Assembly: GCA_045047305.1 (NCBI GenBank)
Contig: JASFYO010000036.1
Location: forward strand, 32,001-96,000
Direction: 5' to 3'
DNA length: 64,000 bases
Origin: Planctomycetota bacterium
GTDB taxonomy: Bacteria; Planctomycetota; UBA1135
Shown: positions 18,736-28,001 of the stretch, one piece after another
Position numbering within the stretch: the stretch's first letter is position 1
How the letters are laid out: each line of letters starts with the position of its first letter
The notes under the pieces: model-generated
Seen by the model: only the letters and a program-made list of their open reading frames with translations
What the model was told of the DNA's origin: nothing
The model's database searches: none
Translations under genes and position numbers: made by a program

Positions 18736-20202
18736 TCAACTGCTCACGACCGCAGCTTGCGGACGCGTCCAAGAATCCATCTTGTTTTGCATGACCGAGA
18801 TGAGTTGATCGACTGCCACGCGTTCCTGCGCCATCGAATCCCGCTCACGCAGAGTGACGGTTCCATCAGTCAATGATTCACCATCGATGGTGATACAAAA
18901 AGGCGTACCAATCTCATCCTGACGGCGATAACGGCGTCCAATCGATTGATTCTCCTCGATGGCAGTGCGGAACTGCTTGCGCAACATGGCTTCGACTTCG
19001 GCTGCCTTCTCCGGCATGCCATCCTTTTTCACCAAAGGAAAAACCGCAACCGTGACTGGTGCGATTTTCGGGTGAAAGCGTAATACCACACGCTGCTCTT
19101 TGCCTTCTCCTTCTTCATCGTATGCATCGACGAGGAAAGTCATGGCCGTACGATCGCAACCGGCAGCAGGCTCAATCACGTAAGGCGAAATGTGCTCGTT
19201 CTCTTGATTGTCAAACCAAGTTAAGGAAGTACCGCTCGCTTCCGAGTGCTTCTTCAAATCATAGTCAGTGCGATTCGCAATGCCCTCCAACTCGGACCAG
19301 CCGAATGGAAAGAGGTATTCCACATCGCCACAGCCGGCGGCATAGTGCGCCAACTCATCTTGCTCATGCTCACGCATGCGTAACTTTTCTGGATTCACGC
19401 CAAGATCCAAGTACCACTGAAAACGTTCCTTCTGCCAATATTCATACCACTTTGGCGCTTCTTCCGGACGGCAGAAAAATTCCATCTCCATTTGCTCAAA
19501 CTCACGCGTGCGAAACACAAAATTGCCCGGGGTGATTTCGTTGCGGAAACTTTTACCAATCTGCGCGATGCCGAAGGGCAGTTTCTTGCGCGTGGAAGTG
19601 ACCACGTTATTGAAGTTAATGAAAATGCCTTGGGCCGTTTCCGGGCGCAGATACGCCACCGAAGCACTGTCCTGCAACGCACCAACGTGGGTTTCAAACA
19701 TCAAGTTGAACTGGCGGACATCGGTCCAATCGTCGGTGCCGGAAACCGGACACTTGATTTTCTCATCCATGATGAGCTGACGCAGGCCTTCATTGTCGGA
19801 GATGACGGCATTCAACTTGGCGGTCAAGGCCTCCACGCGATCCATCTTGCCCTTCTTGCGATACTTCTCGATCTTTTTTTCGACCAAATGATCCGCACGA
19901 TAACGGGCCTTAGAGGTTTTGTTATCAATCAGAGGGTCCGAAAAACCGCCGACGTGGCCGGAAGCGCGCCAAACATCGGGCGATTGAATGATGGCAGAGT
20001 CCAAGCCAACAACATCCTGGCGTGAGTAGACCATGGCTTCCCACCAAGCATCTTTCACGCGGCGTTTCAGCTCCACGCCCAGCGGGCCCCAATCGTACGT
20101 AGCCCCTTGTCCACCATAGATTTCCGACGCTGGGAATACGAATCCCCTGCGCTTGCACAGGGAGACAATCTTGTCCATCACATTGGGAGCGGGCTTAGCC
20201 AT
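18736..20202 (-). CDS. glyQS: Glycine--tRNA ligase, homodimeric type
   Basis: LCKRRGF, YLRPETAQG, SFRNEITP, FRTREFEQME and VIEPAAG motifs, plus an anticodon-binding domain. Confidence 0.97.
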   Translation of the reverse strand: MAKPAPNVMDKIVSLCKRRGFVFPASEIYGGQGATYDWGPLGVELKRRVKDAWWEAMVYSRQDVVGLDSAIIQSPDVWRASGHVGGFSDPLIDNKTSKARYRADHLVEKKIEKYRKKGKMDRVEALTAKLNAVISDNEGLRQLIMDEKIKCPVSGTDDWTDVRQFNLMFETHVGALQDSASVAYLRPETAQGIFINFNNVVTSTRKKLPFGIAQIGKSFRNEITPGNFVFRTREFEQMEMEFFCRPEEAPKWYEYWQKERFQWYLDLGVNPEKLRMREHEQDELAHYAAGCGDVEYLFPFGWSELEGIANRTDYDLKKHSEASGTSLTWFDNQENEHISPYVIEPAAGCDRTAMTFLVDAYDEEGEGKEQRVVLRFHPKIAPVTVAVFPLVKKDGMPEKAAEVEAMLRKQFRTAIEENQSIGRRYRRQDEIGTPFCITIDGESLTDGTVTLRERDSMAQERVAVDQLISVMQNKMDSWTRPQAAVVSS

Positions 20203-20614
20203 GACCGCGTGATTCTAACTGCTCCCGCAAGTCAGCAATCACACCGTCGCGGTCGTTCTCAATCCGCTGTTTTAGCTCCACGGGCACTCCAGTCTCTGGA
20301 TCGTGCTTAGCCCCCCATTGTGCGAGATCAATGAGAATTGGCACTAGGTCGAGGCCCTTCCTGGTGAGCGAATAAATTTTGCGGCGGCCATCCTCAGGGT
20401 CGGCAGCACAGGCGACGATGCCTTGCTCCGTCAAACATTGCAAGCGATCGCTCAGCACATTGGTAGCAATGCCCTCACCGGAGTTTTCGAACTCTGAAAA
20501 GCGTTGCGAGCCAAACATGACCATGTCGCGGACCACTAGCATCGTCCAGCGGTCGCCGAGCAAATCGAGGCAAAACGAAATGGGACATGCGGAGCGACGA
20601 TCCTGCAGCGGCAT
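20195..20614 (-). CDS. HxlR-family winged-helix transcriptional regulator
   Basis: RSACPI..LDLLGDRWT, GIATNVLSDRL, YSLTRKG; divergent from the GST gene. Confidence 0.92.
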   Translation of the reverse strand: MPLQDRRSACPISFCLDLLGDRWTMLVVRDMVMFGSQRFSEFENSGEGIATNVLSDRLQCLTEQGIVACAADPEDGRRKIYSLTRKGLDLVPILIDLAQWGAKHDPETGVPVELKQRIENDRDGVIADLREQLESRGHG

Positions 20615-20636
20615 TTCATGATTCTACCAGATTTTA

Positions 20637-20680
20637 GCTTGCACATCGCAAGCGTTTATTATAGCTTTCATATCGCAAGT
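20637..20680. promoter_or_regulatory. Two 17-bp palindromic operator-like boxes between hxlR and gst
   Basis: GCTTGC-ACATC-GCAAGC (20637-20653) and GCTTTC-ATATC-GCAAGT (20664-20680). They overlap a possible TTGCAC-N17-TAGCTT promoter. Confidence 0.65.
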
Positions 20681-20708
20681 GATAATCCCTGCCCTCTGGG
20701 CCACCAAA

Positions 20709-21344
20709 ATGACACAGCTCAAGCTTTACACTCTTCCCCTTTCACCCTTCAATACCAAGGTCCGGTTGGCGCTGAAACTCAAAGGCCTGACCTACGAAGA
20801 GGTCAAATTCTCCGGCTTTGATGACCGTGACCCAGTCGTGGAGGTCTCCGGTCAGCCACTGACTCCCGTACTCGTCGACGGCGACAAAGCCATCTACGAT
20901 TCTTTCGGAATCCTGCGCTACCTCGATGCCAACTTCCCTGGCCCGCGACTCTTTTCCTCCAACCGGGAGACCATGCAAAGGATTCAAGAGTGGGAACGCT
21001 TTGGTGCAGAGCTTGGCGGCATTATTAGCATGGTTTTAACTCAGGCTTTCAACGACAAAATCGACGACCAAGCCACCGCACAGGCACAAGCCTTGCTTGA
21101 TACTGTCCCGCAAGCTCTCGAAGATGCGCTTGCCGATTCAGATTACCTGATGGGCGACGTCATCACCGCTGCCGACTTAACCGTGGTGCCCTTTCTTCGC
21201 TTTCCAATTTGGGATGCGGATGACGTGGATTTTCCGCTGGCTAAGTTTGTTGCCGAACGCTTGACCCTCAGCGCAAAGTTCTCCAGAGTTCATGCCTGGG
21301 TTGCACGGGTAATGGAATTGGATCGCGAAGTGGTTGCGAACTAG
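20709..21344 (+). CDS. Glutathione S-transferase family protein
   Basis: LSPFNTKVRLAL, TPVLVDG, DSFGILRYL, YLMGDVITAADL. Confidence 0.9.
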   Translation: MTQLKLYTLPLSPFNTKVRLALKLKGLTYEEVKFSGFDDRDPVVEVSGQPLTPVLVDGDKAIYDSFGILRYLDANFPGPRLFSSNRETMQRIQEWERFGAELGGIISMVLTQAFNDKIDDQATAQAQALLDTVPQALEDALADSDYLMGDVITAADLTVVPFLRFPIWDADDVDFPLAKFVAERLTLSAKFSRVHAWVARVMELDREVVAN

Positions 21345-21360
21345 AAGGCTTCACATATAC

Positions 21361-21400
21361 AACAGCCCGGCCTACCGGAATGGTGGACCGGGCTGTTTTC
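21361..21400 (+). terminator. Intrinsic terminator after gst
   Basis: AACAGCCCGG...CCGGGCTGTT stem followed by a T-tract. Confidence 0.7.
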
Positions 21401-21491
21401 AAGCATTTGCTTTTACTGATACACATAAATGGCTCATGAATCGACGCGTATTTTCGCTGCCCACCATCCCCCCTCATTACGCGATTAGCGA

Positions 21492-22949
21492 TTAATCTTC
21501 CAAGTGAATTTGCATATTGGAGGAGAGTGATAACTCAGTAAACACCTCTCCCCCTCCCTTTTCCAAGAAAACAGCTACTACCATTTTGTCATTAGGATTT
21601 CCCCATGGCAATGTTCCCCGGCCGAACTCATCGCACGTTATTTCTGGATAAACACGGAACCAAGGATAATCCTGAAAGGGTTGCACCAAAACCTTGGCAT
21701 TTCGCGCTACCAATCCCTCTGAATCATAAATCTGGAACGAAATCCCAGGGTTCTCAGAACCTAACTTTCCCTCCATTATCCATTCCAACGGGACGGCTTC
21801 AGAAAAAACAATTTCATTCAGCGTCAATTCTTCTGAATAATATTCGCCAGAGGGGTGAACAATCTCAAGCAAATATCGGCTCCCGCTAGGCATTTCTGCG
21901 GCAAAGGAACCCGATTTGTCTAATTTAAAAGAAGATCGCGCCACTCTTGTTTCCACGCCGTTTGCGTCACGCTTCCCAGTTAAGGAAAATCCTTTACGAT
22001 GATCATCACCAGAAAAATCACTCCCATCATTACTCAAAAGTACGGATACGTTAACAGAATATTCAGAGGATGGGAGGGTTGAAACCACCTTGCCATGAAG
22101 CACTGGTTTCGGGGCCAACTCCAAAACGACATCTGGTAGTGGGCCAGGACTTACATCCATTTTGAAAGAAGTTGATGAAAACCCGGCAGCGTTTACTTTC
22201 GCAATCATTATTCCAGAAACTGGGGAATCAACTTCGCAATTGCCATTCGGGCCCGAAACTGCATGAACATTTATTATGGGAAATCCGTCCTCTTCGCACA
22301 AAGATTTATATTGGGCTAGGATAGGATCTGGATGGTTGCTCGGATATGGGGATATCCTTTTTTTATTCAGAGTTGCTACCTCATTAGTATATTTCCTCCA
22401 ACCCTCCTCCGAAACAAATGACATCGATACGGAAATCTCATCTACCTTTAACTTTGTAACTGAGTTCCTCGCCGAGATTTGAAAATGAGACAAAAATGGC
22501 AATGCCAAATTTAGACTATTCCCTGTTGCAGACCAAATCAAATTTTCAACAGGGCTGGAATAAGTAGAAAACCCGTTAACAGTAGGAACCTCATAAGAAA
22601 CCGACTTATCTCCGGATTTCAACAAAAAGCTTTCAACCACATTGCCTGCCTCTGGATCGTCCACAAGGACGTCCAATCTAGTTTTTACAGATTGGAGTCC
22701 TAAACTGCGAAGGGCAATCACCTTTGCCCCAGTAGCCATGTCTGTAATATTCAGTTTTAGCCTAGGAGAAAGGCTTTGCCTAATGAACTTTGCGGACAAT
22801 GCTGCATCCCCATTTTCCTCAATTGACCTTGCCCCCCCCACCAATAGATAGTCCCTCCCTTCTGAGGAAGAGTTTTCCTTCATCAACAACCAAGAAAGCA
22901 GGAACACTAAGAAAAGTATTCCTGCAATGAGTGCAGTGCGAGATGACAA
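21492..22949 (-). CDS. Hypothetical N-terminally anchored extracytoplasmic protein (AT-rich codon usage)
   Basis: Long ORF with one N-terminal TM (LIAGILFLVFLLSWLL) and a beta-rich body. Probable TTG start at 22949, right after the upstream stop. Confidence 0.7.
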   Translation of the reverse strand: MSSRTALIAGILFLVFLLSWLLMKENSSSEGRDYLLVGGARSIEENGDAALSAKFIRQSLSPRLKLNITDMATGAKVIALRSLGLQSVKTRLDVLVDDPEAGNVVESFLLKSGDKSVSYEVPTVNGFSTYSSPVENLIWSATGNSLNLALPFLSHFQISARNSVTKLKVDEISVSMSFVSEEGWRKYTNEVATLNKKRISPYPSNHPDPILAQYKSLCEEDGFPIINVHAVSGPNGNCEVDSPVSGIMIAKVNAAGFSSTSFKMDVSPGPLPDVVLELAPKPVLHGKVVSTLPSSEYSVNVSVLLSNDGSDFSGDDHRKGFSLTGKRDANGVETRVARSSFKLDKSGSFAAEMPSGSRYLLEIVHPSGEYYSEELTLNEIVFSEAVPLEWIMEGKLGSENPGISFQIYDSEGLVARNAKVLVQPFQDYPWFRVYPEITCDEFGRGTLPWGNPNDKMVVAVFLEKGGGEVFTELSLSSNMQIHLED

Positions 22950-22950
22950 G

Positions 22951-23640
22951 TTACGGAGCCCCACCGACTCCCGGATCTCCGACTGTGCCCTGGCTCCCAT
23001 TTCCTGCGCCACCTGTACCGGGGGTTCCAATATTTCCGGGTGCCGCCCCGTTTCCACCAACTGCTAATCCATCTCCAGCGCCAGTGAGCAAAGCGTCGCC
23101 ACCATTGCCGGCACTCCCTGCGCTGCCTCCACGGCCGCCATAGTTGTTCTGCCCCTCCGAAGATGATCCCGGATCCCCATCTCCTCCATCACCCCCGGTG
23201 CCTCCGGTGCCTCCATTTCCTGCATGGGCACATCCTTTCCCGCCGGCAGCTACGCTTGCTGCCGCATTTCCCCCATGAGCACCATGTTGGCCGGGCGCGC
23301 CATTCCCGCCGTTAAATCCAGCAGCTCCGTTTCCCCCGTCTCCCCCATTGCCGCCAAATCCTCCGATTGCATAGCCGGATTCGCCATTCTTCACAACAAC
23401 GAGAGCTGGAGGCCCTCCAGTGGGTACCCCACCTGGTCCTCCAGCCGCACCACTTGAAGAGGGGCTATTCCCAGCCCCTCCAGAATTGCCGTTACCAGGA
23501 ATGTCGGAGAGAGCGTCTTGGTCGTTGTGAATAGCAGCACATTCGGCTTTGGTTAATGTATTACCAAACGGTGTTGATTGCAATCCTACCCTAAGCAAGC
23601 TGGAACCTAGAATCACGAGGGAAAGCGTAGATTTCTTCAT
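22951..23640 (-). CDS. Secreted Gly-rich protein with PGRS-like GGxGGx repeats
   Basis: MKKS plus a hydrophobic signal-like N-terminus, then long Gly-x-x runs (GGNGGDGGNGAAG, GNGGTGGTGGDGGDG). Confidence 0.75.
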   Translation of the reverse strand: MKKSTLSLVILGSSLLRVGLQSTPFGNTLTKAECAAIHNDQDALSDIPGNGNSGGAGNSPSSSGAAGGPGGVPTGGPPALVVVKNGESGYAIGGFGGNGGDGGNGAAGFNGGNGAPGQHGAHGGNAAASVAAGGKGCAHAGNGGTGGTGGDGGDGDPGSSSEGQNNYGGRGGSAGSAGNGGDALLTGAGDGLAVGGNGAAPGNIGTPGTGGAGNGSQGTVGDPGVGGAP

Positions 23641-24100
23641 TTCTTCATTTCTTCATAATAGCGCCACTGACTTAAATCACAGTAAGGAATATGTAAAAAA
23701 GCCTCCACCCCATGATTATTACGCTGTCTGCTTGCGAATGAATCGAACAAAATGGGAGTTGCAGTGAAAATATGGGCAAGAATAAAAATACGTGTAGCGT
23801 GGTAACACCAACAAAGTAGCGGGGAGAGTGAGGGTCTTACTCGATCGACTGCAACGAAACTCAGGCAACGGCCCTTCGGATGGTCTCCAGGAGAATTCCC
23901 ATTCGGCATAGACCTTACTGCGGAAGTTGATTTTCACTTTAGCATCGCGCCATGCACGACCAGCAACAATGTCGATGCCATCCGCACCACCGGCGCCCCC
24001 CCCACGGCTAAACAGGTTGCAGTCATGGACAAACTCTGACCTTAATCATGAGGCACAATTCCTGGTGGAAATACCAAATGCTCCAGCACCTCTGGATAAG

Positions 24101-25024
24101 TCAAAAACACCGCGACATAAGTTCCGCTGCCCTGCGGGTGCACCTCCACCCCATCGGCTGCTCTTCCCCTTGACAAATCTTGAAGCGAAAATCGTGGTAG
24201 GACATGCGGTTGTCTTGACGTAAGGAGCCGATAAAAAAACCATCCGGATAGAACTCCAACTCCTTCCATGATTGATGCAGACTCATCCCATATCCGCCCC
24301 CCAGGGCACTAGCCTCGGTGCAAAGATTACCTCTAGGCATGCGCTCCTCCACCCATGGCGGTAAGCGATCAAGGAAATCCTTCGAACGACTGCCCCTGGC
24401 CTTGATCGTAATCAGCGCCTCGGTGGTGGAGCGGAGCAAGCTGCCGTCAGGGTGAAATAAAAGTAAGTGGATATCCTCCTCCCCCGGCATTTTCACGAAA
24501 CGCTCGACGAAGGTAAACGCGCCTTGGACCTCAAACGCTTCCTCCGTGGCCGAACCTGCAACAGCATTCAGCACATAGATGCGGTACCACCCCTCCGGAA
24601 GCTGATCAATCAACAGGCGCCCGTCCACCGACTCGCCTTGATACTGTTTTTGATCTCCAGCAGTCCAGGTTTCGAATGCACCGACAGCCAAACGCCACAG
24701 CTCAATCGTCCCGGAAACGGGTAGCTGCGTCGCAGCATCGAAAAAATGCAATTCAAGCGCGCTAGAGCCCAACTCTACCGGCTCGGGCTCGGCTTCCTCC
24801 CACTCCAGGAACTCCTCCTCAGGCAGTGCCTCAATCTCCTCCTTCACCGTTTCTTGCTGACGTTCGAGTTGCGGACGACGGGCATCGGCCACCGTAGGTG
24901 CTGACTCCAGTTCCGTTGGAGCCGGGCGCTCGGCAAAAGGGGGCATCGCGGTCGCCGGTTCGTCCTTCCACATCACCACGATGAGGGCAAGCAGGACGAT
25001 GATGATGACCAGAAGACGGCGCAT
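24101..25024 (-). CDS. Hypothetical membrane-anchored protein, possibly frameshifted at the 3' end
   Basis: N-terminal TM, acidic linker, prealbumin-like beta segment (LPEGWYRIYV); plausible continuation in other frames. Confidence 0.6.
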   Translation of the reverse strand: MRRLLVIIIVLLALIVVMWKDEPATAMPPFAERPAPTELESAPTVADARRPQLERQQETVKEEIEALPEEEFLEWEEAEPEPVELGSSALELHFFDAATQLPVSGTIELWRLAVGAFETWTAGDQKQYQGESVDGRLLIDQLPEGWYRIYVLNAVAGSATEEAFEVQGAFTFVERFVKMPGEEDIHLLLFHPDGSLLRSTTEALITIKARGSRSKDFLDRLPPWVEERMPRGNLCTEASALGGGYGMSLHQSWKELEFYPDGFFIGSLRQDNRMSYHDFRFKICQGEEQPMGWRCTRRAAELMSRCF

Positions 25025-25133
25025 AGGAGGGCAACGGTGGAGTTGGGATTTGGTTCAAGCCAAGGATGGAGAATGCTCTGGATTTACCCAGAAAATCGGC
25101 TGAACCGCCGCCCCACTGTACCGTTAGCCACTC

Positions 25134-27200
25134 ATGGTTCCCATCCTCCTCCTCATCCTCGCAGCGCAAACTGCACAAGAACCGGCCCAAAGCCCCGAGG
25201 TCTTGGTCACTGCCTCGGCGTTTCCCGAGGATCCGCTGCAGCAACCATTTTCTTCGGAAACGCTGGATGCAACCTGGTTGCGTACGCGAGCCAGGACCAT
25301 CCCTGAAGCTCTCCAAATGCTGCCTGGTGTGATGGTGCAGAAAACGGCATCAGGACAGTCGTCGCCCTACCTACGGGGCTTCACAGGCTTCCGCACCCAG
25401 ATGCTTGTCGACGGAATCCCTTTGAACCATGCGGCTATGCGCTCCGGCCCGAACCAGTACTGGAGCACCTTGGATGCCCTAACCGTGGAGCGCCTGGAAT
25501 TGGTGCGCGGAACCTCGAGTGTCCTGTATGGATCCGATGCCATTGGCGGCACCGTGAATGCCATCAGCCGGCGCGCAAAAGTTGGCGGCGAAGGTGTGCG
25601 CTTGGGCGGCGGAAGCTTCACTCGCTATTCCAGCGCAGACAATGCTTGGACCCAACGCGCAGAAGTGTCCCTAAGTTCTGGATCGGAGTGGGGATTCCTC
25701 GGTGGGTCTACGGTTTCCAACTATGGAGATCTGAGATCGGGTGGCGGCGAACTTCCTGAGACCGGCTACTCCCAATTCAACGGAGATTTTCGCTTTGACC
25801 GCTACCTTAGTAACGGCGTGGTGTGGACCACGGCAGGCCAAACAGTGCGCCAAGTGAATGTTCCACGTACCCACAAAACCATTTTCGCAGTTCCATTCCA
25901 GGGCACCAGTGTCGGTAGTGAGTTGCAGCGCGACCAGGATCAGCGCAGGGACCTTTTCTACAGCCGACTATCGTGGGATCGTGGCAGCAATTGGATGAAA
26001 CGCGGTGAAGTCACCTTGAGTTACCAACGCCACAAAGAAATCCGCGATCGAATCCGCAGCGGAGACCGCCGGGATCTGCAAGGATTCGATCTCAACGATC
26101 TGGGCTTAACCGCACGTTTTGAAAGCGATTCAAGCTCTTCTGGCGTTTGGTCATGGGGTACCGAGCTACACCGCCAAACCGCAGATAGCTTCCGCGATAA
26201 CTTCGTTGCGGGAAGCTTCACTGGCTCCGCCATTCAAGGCGCAATTGGCGACAACAGCTCTTACGACAGCGCTGCGTTTTACCTTCAGAGAGAAATGTTC
26301 GTACGCGAAGACATCAGCTTGATTCCAGGCTTACGCGCAAGTTGGTTCTCGTTGCAATCCGATCGCGTGGATAACCCAGACCCGGGCGGTCCAGCGATTT
26401 TGCAATTGGATGAAAGTTGGACTGCTTTAACTGGCAGTTTGCGTGGTGTATGGGATCTCGGCCAAGAAAAAACAGTTTATGCCGGTTTATCGCAAGGCTT
26501 TCGCGCACCGAACTTGTCGGACCTAACCTCGCTCGATGCCACGAGTGCGGTGGAAACTCCATCGCCCGATTTGAATCCAGAAAACTACTTGCAGCTCGAG
26601 ATTGGAAGCAAGGGACGCGATGGTCGTTGGAGTTGGCAGACCTCGGTCTACCAAACTTGGATTGATAACATGATTGTCCAATCCCCTACCGGAGCCTTCA
26701 TCGGTGGCACCCCCGAGGTGCAAAAAAGCAATGCCGGAGATGGCTGGGTACACGGCGTAGAAGTCGATGTGCAAATGGAAATCGATGCGCAGTGGACAGC
26801 ATTCGCAACCGGTAGTTGGATGAACGGCGAAGTCGATCAAGTCCAGTTGCCCGGTGGAGCTACCAGCCGCGAACCACTTAGCCGTTTGGCACCGCTACAG
26901 GGCACGACCGGTGTACGCTGGCAGCAAAACCAAGGTTCTTGGTGGGGAGAGGCCTGGATGTGGGCTGTCGATAACCAAGATAAGCTTGCGCTCCGTGACA
27001 CCACCGACACCTCACGCATTCCAGCCGGCGGCACTCCAGGATTCACCATATTTGGGCTATCCGGAGGCGTGAAAATCAACGAAAATGCACGCTGGTCGTT
27101 ATCTCTCGAGAACCTCGGCGATAAGAACTATCGCGTCCACGGTTCTGGTTTGAACGGCCCTGGCTTTAACTTAGTGACCACCTTCGAATTGAACTTCTGA
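25134..27200 (+). CDS. TonB-dependent outer membrane receptor
   Basis: TonB box EVLVTA, plug motif PYLRGF...LVDGIP...ELVRGTSSVLYGSDAIGGTVN, FRAPNL, ENLGDKNY, C-terminal Phe. Confidence 0.95.
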   Translation: MVPILLLILAAQTAQEPAQSPEVLVTASAFPEDPLQQPFSSETLDATWLRTRARTIPEALQMLPGVMVQKTASGQSSPYLRGFTGFRTQMLVDGIPLNHAAMRSGPNQYWSTLDALTVERLELVRGTSSVLYGSDAIGGTVNAISRRAKVGGEGVRLGGGSFTRYSSADNAWTQRAEVSLSSGSEWGFLGGSTVSNYGDLRSGGGELPETGYSQFNGDFRFDRYLSNGVVWTTAGQTVRQVNVPRTHKTIFAVPFQGTSVGSELQRDQDQRRDLFYSRLSWDRGSNWMKRGEVTLSYQRHKEIRDRIRSGDRRDLQGFDLNDLGLTARFESDSSSSGVWSWGTELHRQTADSFRDNFVAGSFTGSAIQGAIGDNSSYDSAAFYLQREMFVREDISLIPGLRASWFSLQSDRVDNPDPGGPAILQLDESWTALTGSLRGVWDLGQEKTVYAGLSQGFRAPNLSDLTSLDATSAVETPSPDLNPENYLQLEIGSKGRDGRWSWQTSVYQTWIDNMIVQSPTGAFIGGTPEVQKSNAGDGWVHGVEVDVQMEIDAQWTAFATGSWMNGEVDQVQLPGGATSREPLSRLAPLQGTTGVRWQQNQGSWWGEAWMWAVDNQDKLALRDTTDTSRIPAGGTPGFTIFGLSGGVKINENARWSLSLENLGDKNYRVHGSGLNGPGFNLVTTFELNF

Positions 27201-27238
27201 AATCAACCACTACCCCGCCGCGGCACCTGCTGAAAGCC

Positions 27239-27940
27239 GTGCTTGGATCGGTGACCTTCCACGTCGCGGTTGGGGTAGGGTTGTTAAGTACCGCATGGTG
27301 GTGGGCTTCGGATGTGGATGAACATCAACCTCCGAAGCTTGCGGTCGCTCTAAAGGAAGAAGTTCCAGAGGTCAGCGAAGACGAGCCGGATTTCGAAGTC
27401 CAACCGCCAATCGAACTGGAACCAGTGGTACTACCGGTAGTGGAAGTGGAGGCTTCCCCTTTGGCTGAGTTGGAGGAACTACCGCCGGCAAAGGAATACC
27501 TGGCGGTGCGCCCATGGATGCCGCAACAGTTGCGCTATCGGCCGACCACGCTTCCTCCCCATTTGCGTGAACAGACCAAGCCGGTGGAAGAGCAAAGGCT
27601 GACTGATTCCGCCGTTTCCAATACCGCAGTCCCTCGAGCGCCGGCACCACGGGCCTCGGTTTTACTGGCACCGCAGATCGATGCAGAGCAATGCCCTCCT
27701 CCGGAGTACCCACGGCGTGCCCGGCGTATGCGCTGGGAAGGTGTAACCCAATTAATTGTGACGGTCGATGTGAATGGAAATCCCATCGCAATCAAAGTAT
27801 CTGTTTCCAGCGGCCACCAAATCCTCGATGATGCCGCAATCCAGGCGGTTCAGACCTGGCATTTTCACCCTGCAAACCGAGACCAGGTAGCCGAGGTTGG
27901 CGACTTACTGGTACCGATTCGGTTTGATATTAAGGAATAA
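27239..27940 (+). CDS. tonB: TonB family energy transducer
   Basis: N-terminal TM containing SxxxH, Pro/Glu-rich linker, PEYPRRAR..EG...SSGHQILDDAAIQAVQTWHFHPA. Start uncertain. Confidence 0.88.
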   Translation: MLGSVTFHVAVGVGLLSTAWWWASDVDEHQPPKLAVALKEEVPEVSEDEPDFEVQPPIELEPVVLPVVEVEASPLAELEELPPAKEYLAVRPWMPQQLRYRPTTLPPHLREQTKPVEEQRLTDSAVSNTAVPRAPAPRASVLLAPQIDAEQCPPPEYPRRARRMRWEGVTQLIVTVDVNGNPIAIKVSVSSGHQILDDAAIQAVQTWHFHPANRDQVAEVGDLLVPIRFDIKE

Positions 27941-28001
27941 GCTTCCTGTGCTTCCGTTTGCTTCCGCCGAGTCGTAAGTGAAATACGCCGAGCCCCATCT
28001 A

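Noticed and set aside
25025..25133. Fur box or cobalamin riboswitch before the TonB-dependent receptor
   Set aside because: Only a weak GAGAATG half-match, and the region is too short and lacks riboswitch core motifs. The substrate is left unassigned.
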